Origin: Octopus sinensis | Lineage: Eukaryota | Assembly: GCF_006345805.1 (NCBI RefSeq) | Contig: NW_021832290.1 | Location: 1-31,371 of the forward strand | DNA length: 31,371 bases | Direction of reading: 5' to 3' | Shown here: piece after piece, positions 10,772 through 23,026 of the stretch | How positions within the stretch are numbered: the stretch's first letter is position 1 | How the letters are laid out: every line of letters begins with the position of its first letter | Notes under the pieces: model-generated | Databases searched by the model: none | Told to the model about the DNA's origin: nothing | The model's input: only the letters and a program-made list of their open reading frames with translations | Program-made: the position numbers and the translations under genes

Positions 10772-10945
10772 GTAGGCGCAAACATGGCTGTGTAATTAAC
10801 AAGTTCGTTTTGCAACCACGTGGCTTCGCGTTCAATCTCACGGCGTGGCACCTTGGACAAGTGTCTTCTACTATAACCCCCGGGCCGACCAATGTCTTGT
10901 AAGTGAATTTTGTAGATGGAAACTTTGTGGAAGTTCGTCATATAC
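10772..10945 (+). mobile_element. SINE family C-related 5' half running into a (TACA)n array
   Basis: tRNA-like head plus ggacaagtgtcttctactataaccccgggccgaccaatgtcttgt segment. Confidence 0.75.
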
Positions 10946-11134
10946 TTACATACATACATGCATGGATACATACATACATACATACATACATACATACATA
11001 CATACATACATACATACATACATACAGTCATACATACATACAGTCATACATACGTAGGCATGTATGTACGTACGTACGTATATATATATACACACGTACA
11101 TATACACATACATATATGCACAGATATATCTGCA

Positions 11135-11171
<37 letters not shown>

Positions 11172-11218
11172 CCAGCAGTATCAGCCCCAAACAGTGTTTA
11201 CGCATAAGCGAGCCTTAA

Positions 11219-11438
11219 CCCTTTAGTGTTTAAACCGGCCATATCTGGCCAAAATTGCCTTCCTGTTTTATGCTCAAACCAGCCAGCTCTGACCTCTCAC
11301 ACCTACCCTACAAAGTCATTCTAAAAATAAACAGGGACATCATCAAAATCTCAGAGTTACAAGATGCTGTACAATTAATTTAGAACAATGTAATTAAACA
11401 GGCTTTACATTTGACAGAGTAATCTGAATACTAAAGGG
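11219..11438. mobile_element. piggyBac-like MITE
   Basis: TTAA|CCCTTTAGTGTT left end; AATACTAAAGGG|TTAG right end (11 of 12 TIR bases match, right TTAA degenerate). Confidence 0.75.
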
Positions 11439-11593
11439 TTAGGGTAGTTAAAATATATTTGTGACATATTTCAACTTCTAAAGGCAAATTCACTGCGGTT
11501 ACCGTGGCGCAAAAAATTCACTCTCTCAGTGTTACCCTTTGTCGGATTCCCAGATTCAGAGTTTCTAGCTCTTTAGCTGTTAACAATGAAAAA

Positions 11594-11663
<70 letters not shown>

Positions 11664-11680
11664 ATGATGATGATGATGAT

Positions 11681-11944
11681 AATTCTTTCTACTAAAGGCA
11701 CAAGGCCTGAAATTTGGTGGGGTGGAGGGAGGGGACTAGTCGATTATATCGACCCCAGTGTTTCACTGGTACTTATTTTTATCGACCCCGAAAGAATGGA
11801 AGGCAAAGTCGACCTCGGCGGAATTTGAACTCAGAACCTAGCGACGGGTGAAATGTCGCTAAGCATTTTGCTCGATTAGCAGTATCCTTGACTAGAATCA
11901 TTAATTACCACGCGTTCGACGTGCTAACGATTCTGCCAGCTCGC
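11681..11944 (-). mobile_element. SINE family B (tail 2), interrupted near the head
   Basis: Reverse complement of the family B core and tail 2; head at 11917-11944 separated by ~40 unrelated bases. Confidence 0.8.
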
Positions 11945-11959
11945 AGTATTAGTAAAAAT

Positions 11960-12190
11960 GGCGGCGAGCTGGCAGAAACGTTAGCATGCCGGACGAAATG
12001 CGTAGCCGTATTTCGTCTACCGTTACGTTCTGAGTTCAAATTCCGCCGAGGTCGACTTTGCCTTTCATCCTTTCGGGGTCGATGAATTAAGTACCAGTTA
12101 CGCACTGGGGTCGATGTAATCGACTTAATCCGTTTGTCTGTCCTTGTTTATCCTCTCTGTGTTTAGCCCCTTGTGGGTAGTAAAGAAATA
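11960..12190 (+). mobile_element. SINE family B (tail 1)
   Basis: Full head, core and tail 1; 11-bp TSD agtattagtaa (11945-11955 / 12191-12201). Confidence 0.92.
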
Positions 12191-12289
12191 AGTATTAGTA
12201 ATAGTAATAATCCTGCATTATTTACATTATTTACATTATTTACATTATTTACATTCAACGGATATTTGTCGTCATCTTGCTTGTTGTTA

Positions 12290-12331
12290 ACACGTTTCGG
12301 CTGATATATCCACCAGCCTTCTTCAGGTATC
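12290..12331 (-). ncRNA. Minimal hammerhead-ribozyme-like motif (inverted copy)
   Basis: Minus strand GATAC-CTGAAGA-A-GGCTG(gtggatatat)CAGCC-GAAAC-GT-GTT; ACGT palindrome retained but stem I shortened. Confidence 0.5.
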
Positions 12332-12393
12332 TTGGGGAAATTTCGGACACGGTTCAGAACGTAAATTTCGAACCTGGTTCGAAATTTCCCTAA

Positions 12394-12439
12394 GACACCT
12401 GAAGAAGGCTGGAGGGTATATCAGCCGAAACGATGTGTT
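12394..12439 (+). ncRNA. Minimal type I hammerhead-ribozyme-like motif
   Basis: GACAC-CTGAAGA-A-GGCTG(gagggtatat)CAGCC-GAAAC-GAT-GTGTT. Stems I and II pair; the base expected to be U16.1 is A. Confidence 0.6.
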
Positions 12440-12538
12440 AACAACAAACAAGATAAGGACAAATATCCATTGAATATAAATAATGTAAATAATGTAAATA
12501 ATGCACATAATTCCTCATCTCTTAAATATAGAACAGTA

Positions 12539-12759
12539 ATAATCCTTTCCACTATAGGCACAATGCCTGAAATTTGTCGGGGAGAGGCCTAGTCGATTAC
12601 ATCGACCTCAGTACGCAACTGGTACTTAATTTATCGACCCCGAAAGGATAAAAAGCAAAGTCGACCTCGGCGGAAATTGAACTCAAAATGTAAAGACGGA
12701 CGAAAAGCCGCTAAGCATTTTACCCGGCGTGCTAACAACGATTCTACCAGCTCGCCGTC
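12539..12759 (-). mobile_element. SINE family B (tail 2)
   Basis: Reverse complement of head, core and tail 2. Confidence 0.88.
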
Positions 12760-12774
12760 TTAATAATATTACAA

Positions 12775-13380
12775 ACATACATGCATACATACATAAATAC
12801 ATATATATATACATACATACATGCATGTATGCATACATACATACATACATACATACATACATACATACATACATACATACATACATAATACATGCATACA
12901 TACATGCATACATACATGCATGCATACATACATACATCCATAGATGCATACATACATATATACATACATACATGCATACATACATACATACATGCATACA
13001 TACATGCATGCATGCATACATACATACATGCATACATACATACATACATGCATGCATACTTGCATACATACATACATGCATGCATGCATACATACATACA
13101 TGCATACATACATACATAAACACATACATACATGCATACTTGCATACATACATACATACATGCATACATACATGCATGCATACATACATACATACATACA
13201 TACATGCATGCATGGATACATACATACATGCATGCATACATACATACATACATACATACATACATACATACATACATGCATGCATGCATGCATACATACA
13301 TACATACATACATACATACATACATGCATACATACATATATACATACATACATACATACATACATACATACATACATACA
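12775..13380. repeat. Long compound (CATA)n/(CATG)n tetranucleotide array
   Basis: About 600 bp of catacata/catgcata units; the source of the long MYVC/HTYI ORFs. Confidence 0.97.
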
Positions 13381-13600
13381 AAATCAGATGTATATACATA
13401 TGCAAACATATACGCACTCACTGTCTGTCTGTCTCTCTCTTTCTCTCTCCCCCCTCTCTCTGAAACACACACACGCACGCATACATATACATGCACATCA
13501 TAGATCTATCACAAAATACTGAGCAACACATGCTGCAAACAGACAAACGCGTATACACACGCACAAGCACATCTTAGAGAAACACATACACACAAGTACT

Positions 13601-13987
13601 GGATGGAAGCACTCCGTCGGTTACGACGACGAGGGTTCCGGTTGATCCGAATCAACGGAACAGCCTGCTCGTGAAATTAACGTGTAAGTGGCTGAGCACT
13701 CCACAGACACGTGTGCCCTTAACGTAGTTCTCGGGGATATTCAGCGTGGCACAGAGAGTGACAAGGCCGGCCCTTTGAAATACAGGTACAACAGAAACAG
13801 GAAGTAAGAGTGAGAGAAAGTTGTGGTGAAAGAGTACAGCAGGGATCACCACCATCCCCTGCCGGAGCCTCGTGGAGCTTTTAGGTGTTTTCGCTCAATA
13901 AACACTCACAACGCCCGGTCTGGAAATCGAAACCGCGATCCTATGACCGCGATCCGCTGCCGTAACCACTGGGCCATTGCGCCTCCA
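13601..13987 (-). mobile_element. SINE family A, full length
   Basis: Same sequence as the other A copies; 7-bp TSD aagtact (13594-13600 / 13988-13994). Confidence 0.92.
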
Positions 13988-14484
13988 AAGTACTAACAGT
14001 CACACACACACAAGCACACACTCACACATTCTGCGCTGAAATCCATACATACAGACAGTGCACAGCTACACCATTTACACACACACACAGAAAAAGCTAG
14101 GCATACACACATGCACGCATCGCATAATACATAAACGAGATGATGGAGCAGTTTGAATTGTGTTGTGTTTTTTAAAGACAAGAGGCGTTGTGAAGAGAAG
14201 CGTTGTTTAGATTAGATCTCGCTAAGTGATAATTACTGATTCAGACCGAGGATGCTGTTAACAATCGTGGGTCGGAGGTGGGGGTGGGGGAGCGGGTGGT
14301 GGTTTGAGTGAGGCGGTGGAGTTGGGTGTGTGTGTGTGTGTATGTGTGTGGTGATGGTGGTGATGGTGGTGGTGGTGGTGGTAGTGGTGGGGAAAGTGAA
14401 ACTGAGAAAATATTTGACGTCCTAATATAGACTAAATACACTGACCATAACCGACCTTCCTTCCTTCACAGTTCCGCTCTCGTT

Positions 14485-15075
14485 ACCACCACCACCACCA
14501 CCACCACCACAACCACCACCACTACCACCACCACCACCACCACCACTACCACCACTACCACCACTACCACCATCACCAAAACCACGACCACCACTACCAC
14601 GACCACCACTACCACCACCACCACCACCACCACCACCACCAAAACCACCATCACCAAAACCACTACCACCACTACCACCACTACCACCACACCACCACCA
14701 CCACCACCACCACTACCACCACAACCACCACTACCACCACCACCACCACCCACCACCACCACCACCACCACCACCACCACCAAAACCACCAAAACCACCA
14801 CCACCACCACCAGTACCTCAGCCTTCACAGCTGCCCCCCGACATGAACATGACCATCAGAAACTATCACTCTCATTATCACTCGCGCCTCCACTATCATC
14901 ATCATGGCCATCATTGCTCGCATTTCCACCATCACCACCACCACCACCACCACCACCACCACCACCAGTCTCCACCATCTACCACCATCACCACAGCCAC
15001 TGCCACCGCCATATTACCCTACTCATCATCAATCGTCACTACTGGAACCATCCCCTTATCCCCCCACCACCACCT
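14485..15075. repeat. Imperfect (ACC)n/(CAT)n trinucleotide arrays
   Basis: Long accacc/accact/accatc runs; poly-V/T/H/P ORFs arise from them. Confidence 0.93.
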
Positions 15076-15433
15076 CTAACTCTGCTGTTCCACCTTACGT
15101 TATCACTACTATGTTTCTCAAAATACCCCCAAAATGATAAAAGCCCCCCTCCCCTCAAAATCAAGAACAATAACGTTAAATAACCAAAAACCAAAATATA
15201 AATTTATAAACGTATGAGAAAGTAAATGTGAGAAATTTAAACGAAGAAAATGGCGGAGGGGTGAAACTTCTCTTTACTGAATATTTTGATATTCCTTGTT
15301 ATTCTCTCTTTGTCTTTCCCGCTTTCTGTCCGACCCTCACCTCCATCTATTTGTCTTTCCTCCTCATTCGCTTTCTCCCTATCTTTTACCCCTCGCTTCC
15401 TTTCCGACTTTATCTCTGTCTTTCATCTTTCCC

Positions 15434-15735
<302 letters not shown>

Positions 15736-16531
15736 GTCTCTCTGTGTGCCTCCCTCAGTATTTACCTTTCTCTTTCCTTCTCAGTTTTCTTCTCTCCTTC
15801 TCTTTGTCTTTCCTTTTCTCCTTCCCCACCGCTCTTCACATCTTCATATATCTCTCTCTCTCACACACACTCTCTCTCTCTTTCTCTACATACATCGACC
15901 TCCAGTCCGACTTTTCACACAACGACATTAAACCGTAACATACTATCCTCGTAATCAGAGTCTAGCCTCTTCTTCTTCTAATTTATATGCAAAATCTCGC
16001 CCATCAATTGTCGGACATGTTTGAACACTATCAATAGAACTGCATTAATTCTTGTCCAATATCCCATTTGATCTCGTCCTAGCGCGATTATCGCCGTTAA
16101 CATTATACAATTACCCAATGGATGGGCTGTAATTCCTAAATAATTTCGTGCCGTTGCTGACACAAATTATAAAGAGACAACAATCTAGCCATGAGAAACA
16201 GTTCGTCGTCCATTCATTGGTGTGTTGACCGACTCCCAGGTGGTGCCCGTTTTTAGAACCAGATCTCGCTCATGCACATTCAATGTCCATCGGGCGTTCT
16301 TATTATCTCGCCCAGCACAATAAATTGATAGCGAAAATGGTATTATTGTGTGTGTCAGTAAAACAACAACAAAATAAATATATAAACAAATAAAGCGGAA
16401 AAAGAAAATCTTCATTCAAAAGTGGAGTGCTCTAGATATCCAAAATGTATAATACAAGGTAACTTTCTCGTTTCGTTCACGTTTGGAGAGGCTTCGTCCA
16501 TCTCATTAGCTACGGAGCTTTTAACGTTTAC

Positions 16532-16567
16532 CTTCAGGGAGGTCTAGACTTGATAATTCCCAAACAT
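16532..16567 (-). CDS. Candidate alternative or duplicated PRDM14 pre-SET exon (5' boundary unresolved)
   Basis: Minus strand GAA TTA TCA AGT CTA GAC CTC CCT GAA G|gtaaac = ELSSLDLPE(G) with a phase-1 donor at 16531. There is no good polypyrimidine acceptor. An ATG at 16567 is one base out of frame. Confidence 0.35.
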
Positions 16568-16582
16568 AAGTATATATATATA

Positions 16583-16643
<61 letters not shown>

Positions 16644-16671
16644 TATATATATATTATATATATATATAATA

Positions 16672-16704
<33 letters not shown>

Positions 16705-16843
16705 GTATATATAACTGTGAAGTTTTGTCATTCAATAAGTACGCAATTTAGACACTAGATCGAGTTTGTTGTTGTTATTAATTATTTTCATCACGATGAT
16801 GATCATCATCATTATCGTCGCCGCCGTCGTCTTCATCATTACC

Positions 16844-16874
<31 letters not shown>

Positions 16875-17851
16875 CCATCGTCGTCATCATCATCATCATC
16901 ATCATCACCACCACCATTATCATTATCATCACCACCACTACCACCACCACCACCACCACCACCACCACCAACATCGTCAGTAACAAGCAGCAGCATCTCT
17001 ATTATAAATCCGTGTTTCGTACATCCAGCCACACCATATATTTTTTTTCCCTACCGATGAAGTACAAAAACTGATTAAACTAGCGATGTATGCTTTAATG
17101 ACGAATTTCGTCAAGTATGTCTGTCGACTAAAAACTTGGATGATTAAATGTCTAAGTGCCCAACATGAGTTTATTGTTAATACGATTGCCATTTTCAGAC
17201 AATCAACATCGTCTTTAGAGTTGGAACAGCTTTAAATAATTATACCATACTTCGATCAATTTGATCTCCGATCATCTTATTCCTGTATATGATCATAGTA
17301 CAGGATTAGATTCGAATTGGAGACATGCAGTATATAAACACACAGACACACACGCACGTACAGACGCACACAAACAAACACACGCATGCACATACACATA
17401 TACACACGCACATACACTCACAAGCACTTATATAATGCAAGACGATGGAATGAACAGGCTTTAATCCAAATCTTTGCAACTGTTTCTGTGCTGGTGGTAA
17501 TCGCTGAGTGTTTCACATATTATACACATTATCAACAATAGATGTGTACCTGCATATGGTAGCCGATACCCATGGACCAGCGGATTATATATATATATAT
17601 ATTAATTTTTGAGATCATCGATTTTGATATTGTCGATTTGAATATATCGTCACGAAACGCGCGTCATTGTTTTAATGTGTATTATTTAGTATAGTAATTT
17701 ATAGTACAATATTAATAATATATTTGAATTTATATTTTATTATAGATAATATCTTTCATTATTAATTGAATTACTTTATGGAGGTTCTGTCTCTTAATTC
17801 TCTCTCTCTCTCTGTATACATACATACATACATACTACATACATACATACA

Positions 17852-17887
<36 letters not shown>

Positions 17888-17894
17888 TATCTGT

Positions 17895-18125
17895 GAGTCT
17901 AGTGGTTAGGGTGTTGCACTCACAATCGCTAGATCGTGATTTCAATTCCTAGACCGGTTGGTGTGTTGCGTTCTTGAGCAAAACACTTCATTTCGCGTTG
18001 CTTTGCGATCATTTCGATACCTGACGCGTGGGTCACTGTGTACGTGTTCAGGCGGCGTCGATTTGATGGAGAGAGTGAGCTAGTGTGCGGTACAAGCATT
18101 CGATCACTATAAACAAATCATTTGA
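17895..18125 (+). mobile_element. Degenerate tRNA/CORE-like SINE
   Basis: ctagtggttagggtgttgcactcac..tttcaattcct head and ttcttgagcaaaacacttcatttc CORE-like segment similar to the 8124-8470 element. Confidence 0.65.
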
Positions 18126-19586
18126 AGCGTTTAGTAACAGACTGTCGTAAGCGCCACAACTTAAAAACCGAGAAAACGCCATCAAATACATACATATACA
18201 TGCATACATACGCACACACATTTATACAATCGAATAATACCACAAAGAAGACAAAAAAATATTACTATTTCTCTCGATGTTGTGACGTTTAAATTTATAA
18301 TTTAAGTTTGATTTAAATTACACGAGTTTAGTATATTTCCATACTTGAATTTATCTCTTTCACTAATAAGTGTAGCTTAAATCTTATCATTGAGACAATT
18401 TTAATCATATTGACGCCTGTTTACTTCCGATTTTGAGTTCGACTACAATTTTAGATGTAGTCTCATTCTGTTTAAATCAACATTAAACAGACATTTTAAG
18501 CAAAATCTAATATCGTCTTTAAAATTTGCTTAATCTGACTTTTAATTCTAGTTTAATTTCCTAATGTCCAGCTTATTCTCGTTTTCTTAAATCTACTATC
18601 ATAGCACTTTAATCTAAACTTTAGAATCAAGTCCCATATTACATCGAAACATTTTATTCTTATATTATTTTATTCTTTTATTATTTTACAAGTTTCAGTC
18701 ATTTTACTGCAGCCATACTGGAGCATTATTAAACTGCACGTCTTTTTTTGCTTTGCTCTTACACTCCGATTTAAATTCAGACTTCTAACTCCGCCATGAT
18801 TTATCTAGAAGCGATTATTTCCCTTACAATAACTGTCACCAGGGCACACAACGTGTTTGTTTAACTTAATTTTAAGCGTAAACACATCTTAATTCTAAAC
18901 CTAATCTAATTGTGAATACTATTATAATCCTACCCAGTTTTCAATTAAACATTTTCTTCCCATTGAAAAATATCAATGCGATCTAGTTTAGTCGACAAAA
19001 TAAAATAAAAAAAATCTGTTATATGAACGTAAACAAGTTAAGTGTTTTACAATTGAATGTGTCTTGCATACGTAATTTTAATTGTGTGTGTTTCATATAT
19101 GTGTTTTACTGATCTAAGTTTTCAGCAACTTATAGCTTACACGTCTAGGTTTACTGTATCAATTTGTTTATTTGTTTAAGGTTGCTGCATTCGCTAGTTT
19201 ACAGTCCGATTTTGTTGCATATGTTAGCTTACAGGTTTAAGTATACTGCAATAATTTTGAAGCGAGTAAGACGCATATATTTGTTAGCATGTTGGATGTT
19301 GGTCAAGTCTTTTTATGTCTGTCACTTTAATATCTCCGTTTTTATCTATGGTGTTTTCTGTATAGGAAGTGGAGGAGCGAAAAACACGAGAAGGAAGAAG
19401 AAGAAGTGAAAGAGGGGGAAGAAGAAGAGGTGAATGGAGAAGTGAAGGAGAAGAATGAGGAAGAAAACGAGGAGGAAGACGAAGTGAAAAAGGAGGAAGA
19501 AGCGGAAGAAGTGGAGGAAGGAGTGAAAGAGAAGAAAAGAAAGAATATATATATATATATATATCATATATATATATATATATATA

Positions 19587-20088
<502 letters not shown>

Positions 20089-20124
20089 CGCGTGTATGTA
20101 TGTATGTATGTATATGTATGTATG

Positions 20125-20159
<35 letters not shown>

Positions 20160-20194
20160 TATATATACATATACATACATACGGAAACACACAT

Positions 20195-20442
20195 ACGGAA
20201 ACTGAAAGAAGCCCAGCGTATATATGTATATGTATATATGTATGTGTGTATATGTTTGTGTGTCTGTGCTTGTCCTTCCAACATCGGTTGACAACTAATG
20301 CTGGTGTGTTTACGTCCCCGTTCGGCAAAAAGAGACCGATAGGATAAGTACTTGGCTTACAAAGAATAAGTCCTGGGGTCGATTTGCTCGACTAAAGGCG
20401 ATGCTCCAGCATGGCCACAGTCAAATGACTGAAACAAGTAAA

Positions 20443-20445
<3 letters not shown>
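20195..20445 (+). mobile_element. SINE family C, 5'-truncated
   Basis: acggaaactgaaagaagccc..gaaacaagtaaaaga. Confidence 0.85.
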
Positions 20446-20511
<66 letters not shown>

Positions 20512-21183
20512 TATATATGTATATATATCTATATCTTAGCTGAAGCGCATACACACACATACAAATGACTTATCGCTTATTTGTTTCGTAATTATTGATA
20601 AAAGATTGGAATTTATAGCTTGAATAATCAAAGATATGGAACGGACACTCACTCACTCACTCACTCACTCAATTCATTCACTCATACAGACTTACTCACT
20701 CGCTGACTCAGTCAATCAAGCAATCAAGCGAGCAAACAAACAAGCAAATATACAAACGTGATAAAACAGTGGAACCTAATATTTTGGCGGTTGGTTATGT
20801 TGGAAGAGTAGAAATGACGTCACGATAATATTACCACAACAAACAAAGAGCTAGAGTCTCACACAGCTTAATAGTAAAAGATACAAGTCTGGTGTATTGC
20901 TAACAATGTTGACTAACCAAGTTATACAAACAGACTATCATGTGACAATAGGTACCGCTAGTAAGAATATGGCGGCAAAATATTTTATTACAAAATAAAT
21001 TTAATAACAATTACGTCTTGTTGTTGTTTAACTTCAGGCATTCCAGCTGTAATCATCCCGTTAATGTTTGAAGGTATAGTGTACCTAGGACTATGTTACT
21101 CTATGTATTTTCTGGGCACAAAACTCCATTCGACATCGTCTCAGTTCACCTAACAGTTGAAGGTGGAGCTGGGTTGAGTTAAT

Positions 21184-21591
21184 TGGCAGAATCGTTAGCA
21201 CGCCGAGCGAAATGCGTAGCCATATTTCGTCTACCGTTAGGTTCTGAGTTCAAATTCCGCCGAGGTCGATTTTGCCTTTCATCCTTTCGGGGTCGATAAA
21301 TTAAGTACCAGTTACGCACTGGTGTCGATATAATCGACTTAATCCGTTTGTCTGTCCTTGTTTGTCCCCTCTGTGTTTAGCCCCTTGTGGGTAGTAAAGA
21401 AATAGGTATTTCGTCTGCGGCTACGTTCTGAGTTCAAATTCCCCCGAAGTCAACTTTGCCTTTCATCCTTTCGGGGTCGATAAATTAAGTACCAGTTACG
21501 CACTGGTGTCGATATAATCGACTTAATCCCTTTGTCTGTCCTGGTTTGTTCTCTCTGTGTTTAGCCCCTTGTGGGTAGTAAAGAAATAGGT
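21184..21591 (+). mobile_element. SINE family B with duplicated body (tail 1 twice)
   Basis: Two consecutive core plus tail-1 units joined at gtagtaaagaaataggtatttcgtctgc. Confidence 0.9.
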
Positions 21592-21877
21592 AATAGAATA
21601 AGTGAGTTCCGAACAACATACAGCTTCACATTGCAGCTGAAGTCCACAGTTCTTTTGATTGTCGCTATGATGAGCAAACAAAAGCACAAATTAGGCCATC
21701 CACTAGTTTTCTAACCTGGATAATGACTACTTTTTAAGCGGGTATGAGATGTTTTGGCGCCGCCTATTTGGCGCCACTGATTCTACGCTTATTTGACGTC
21801 AGACATTTTACTATTTCGTCCATTCATTCTCTCTCTGTTGCTAATGTTGTTATGTCGTTGTATTTACTGTTATATTG

Positions 21878-22100
21878 GGCGGTGAGATGGCAGAAACGTT
21901 AGCACGCCGGGCGAAACGCTTATCGGTATTTCGTCTGCCGCTACGTTCTGAGTTCAAATTCCGCCGAGGTCGACTTTGCCTTTCATCCTTTCGAGGTCGA
22001 TAAATTAAGTACCAGTTACACACTAGGGGTCGATGTAATCGACTGTCCCCCTCCCCCCAAATTTCAGGCCTTGAGTCTATAGTAGAAAGGATTATTATTA
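21878..22100 (+). mobile_element. SINE family B (tail 2)
   Basis: Head, core, gtcccctccccccaaatttcaggccttg..agtagaaaggattattatt. Confidence 0.9.
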
Positions 22101-22148
22101 TTCAGCTTGTTCATCATGCACAAGTCCTTGTGTGCTCATCTTTATTAA

Positions 22149-22363
22149 GGCAGCGAGCTGGCAGAAATGTTGGCACGTCGGGCAAAATGCTTAGCGGTAT
22201 TTCGTCTGTCTTTACGTTCTGTGTTCAAATTCCGCCGAGGTCGAATTTGCCTTTCATCCTTTCAGGGTCGATAAATTAAGTACCAGTTGCATACTGGGGT
22301 CGTTCTAATCGACTGCCCCTCCACCCAAATTTCGGGCCTTGTGCCTAGAGTAGAAAAGATTAT
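22149..22363 (+). mobile_element. SINE family B (tail 2)
   Basis: Head, core and tail 2, about 50 bp after the previous copy. Confidence 0.9.
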
Positions 22364-23026
22364 CAGTATTACCATGACGACACTTGCTACAACATTTGTT
22401 GTTACGTAACTATTGCAGTTGTTATCTTATTATTATGGCTATTAGAATTTCAGAGCTGTTATGACATCAGTGTTATTATGTCATTTCTGTTTTGTGTTAT
22501 TACTTTCGTTGTTATGACATCGCAGTTATGACGTCAGCACTGTCATCCTTACTAGCATTACGTCACAAAATATGGTGTAATATCATGACTATGTTGATCG
22601 CAGCTTCATTTTCTCTTTCGCTTTCTTAACTTTTACCATCATAGTCATCTTCGTCGTCAACATCGTTGCCATCAGTTTTCTTGATGGGATGAGAAGGCCA
22701 TTTGGTTCACTGCATGATCTACAAGTGTATGAATTTGTGTGCTTGCGTGTATGTGTGTTTTACATTTAGTAAGGCAAGAGGTTTGATACAGGGACCCACA
22801 CAACATTCATATGTTGCTCTATGGTTAAAACCTCATTGCGTATTTTCCCGTATTGTACAGATCGCAGATTGATAAATGCAATACGATACACCAGGAATGA
22901 CGTTTTGTTGTTGTTTAATCCCAGATTAACCCTAATCCAATAAACCTATGATAATGGGAATTCTAGCTTCGACCATTCTATCTTTATTATCCAATGTCTC
23001 TTGCCATCTTCTATTATTATATTAAA

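Larger units (their letters stand above)
12214..12534. mobile_element. Palindromic Penelope-like terminal-repeat pair
   Basis: Arms ~12214-12344 and ~12379-12505 are reverse complements. Each has a CTGAAGA-A-GGCTG..CAGCC-GAAAC core and (AATGTAAAT)n repeats. Penelope origin is inferred from the hammerhead-like motif only. Confidence 0.65.

Noticed and set aside
12683-13522. Long 190-250 aa ORFs on both strands (MYVC../HTYI..)
   Set aside because: They are translations of the (CATA/CATG)n array, which lacks stop codons by composition.
14466-15183. Poly-Val, His, Thr and Pro ORFs
   Set aside because: Products of (ACC)n and (CAT)n microsatellites with no splice signals or domains.
19366-19545. 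Glu/Lys-rich reading frame after an acceptor-like ttttctgtatag
   Set aside because: Consistent with a decayed (GAA/GAG)n tract; it runs into (TA)n with no donor.
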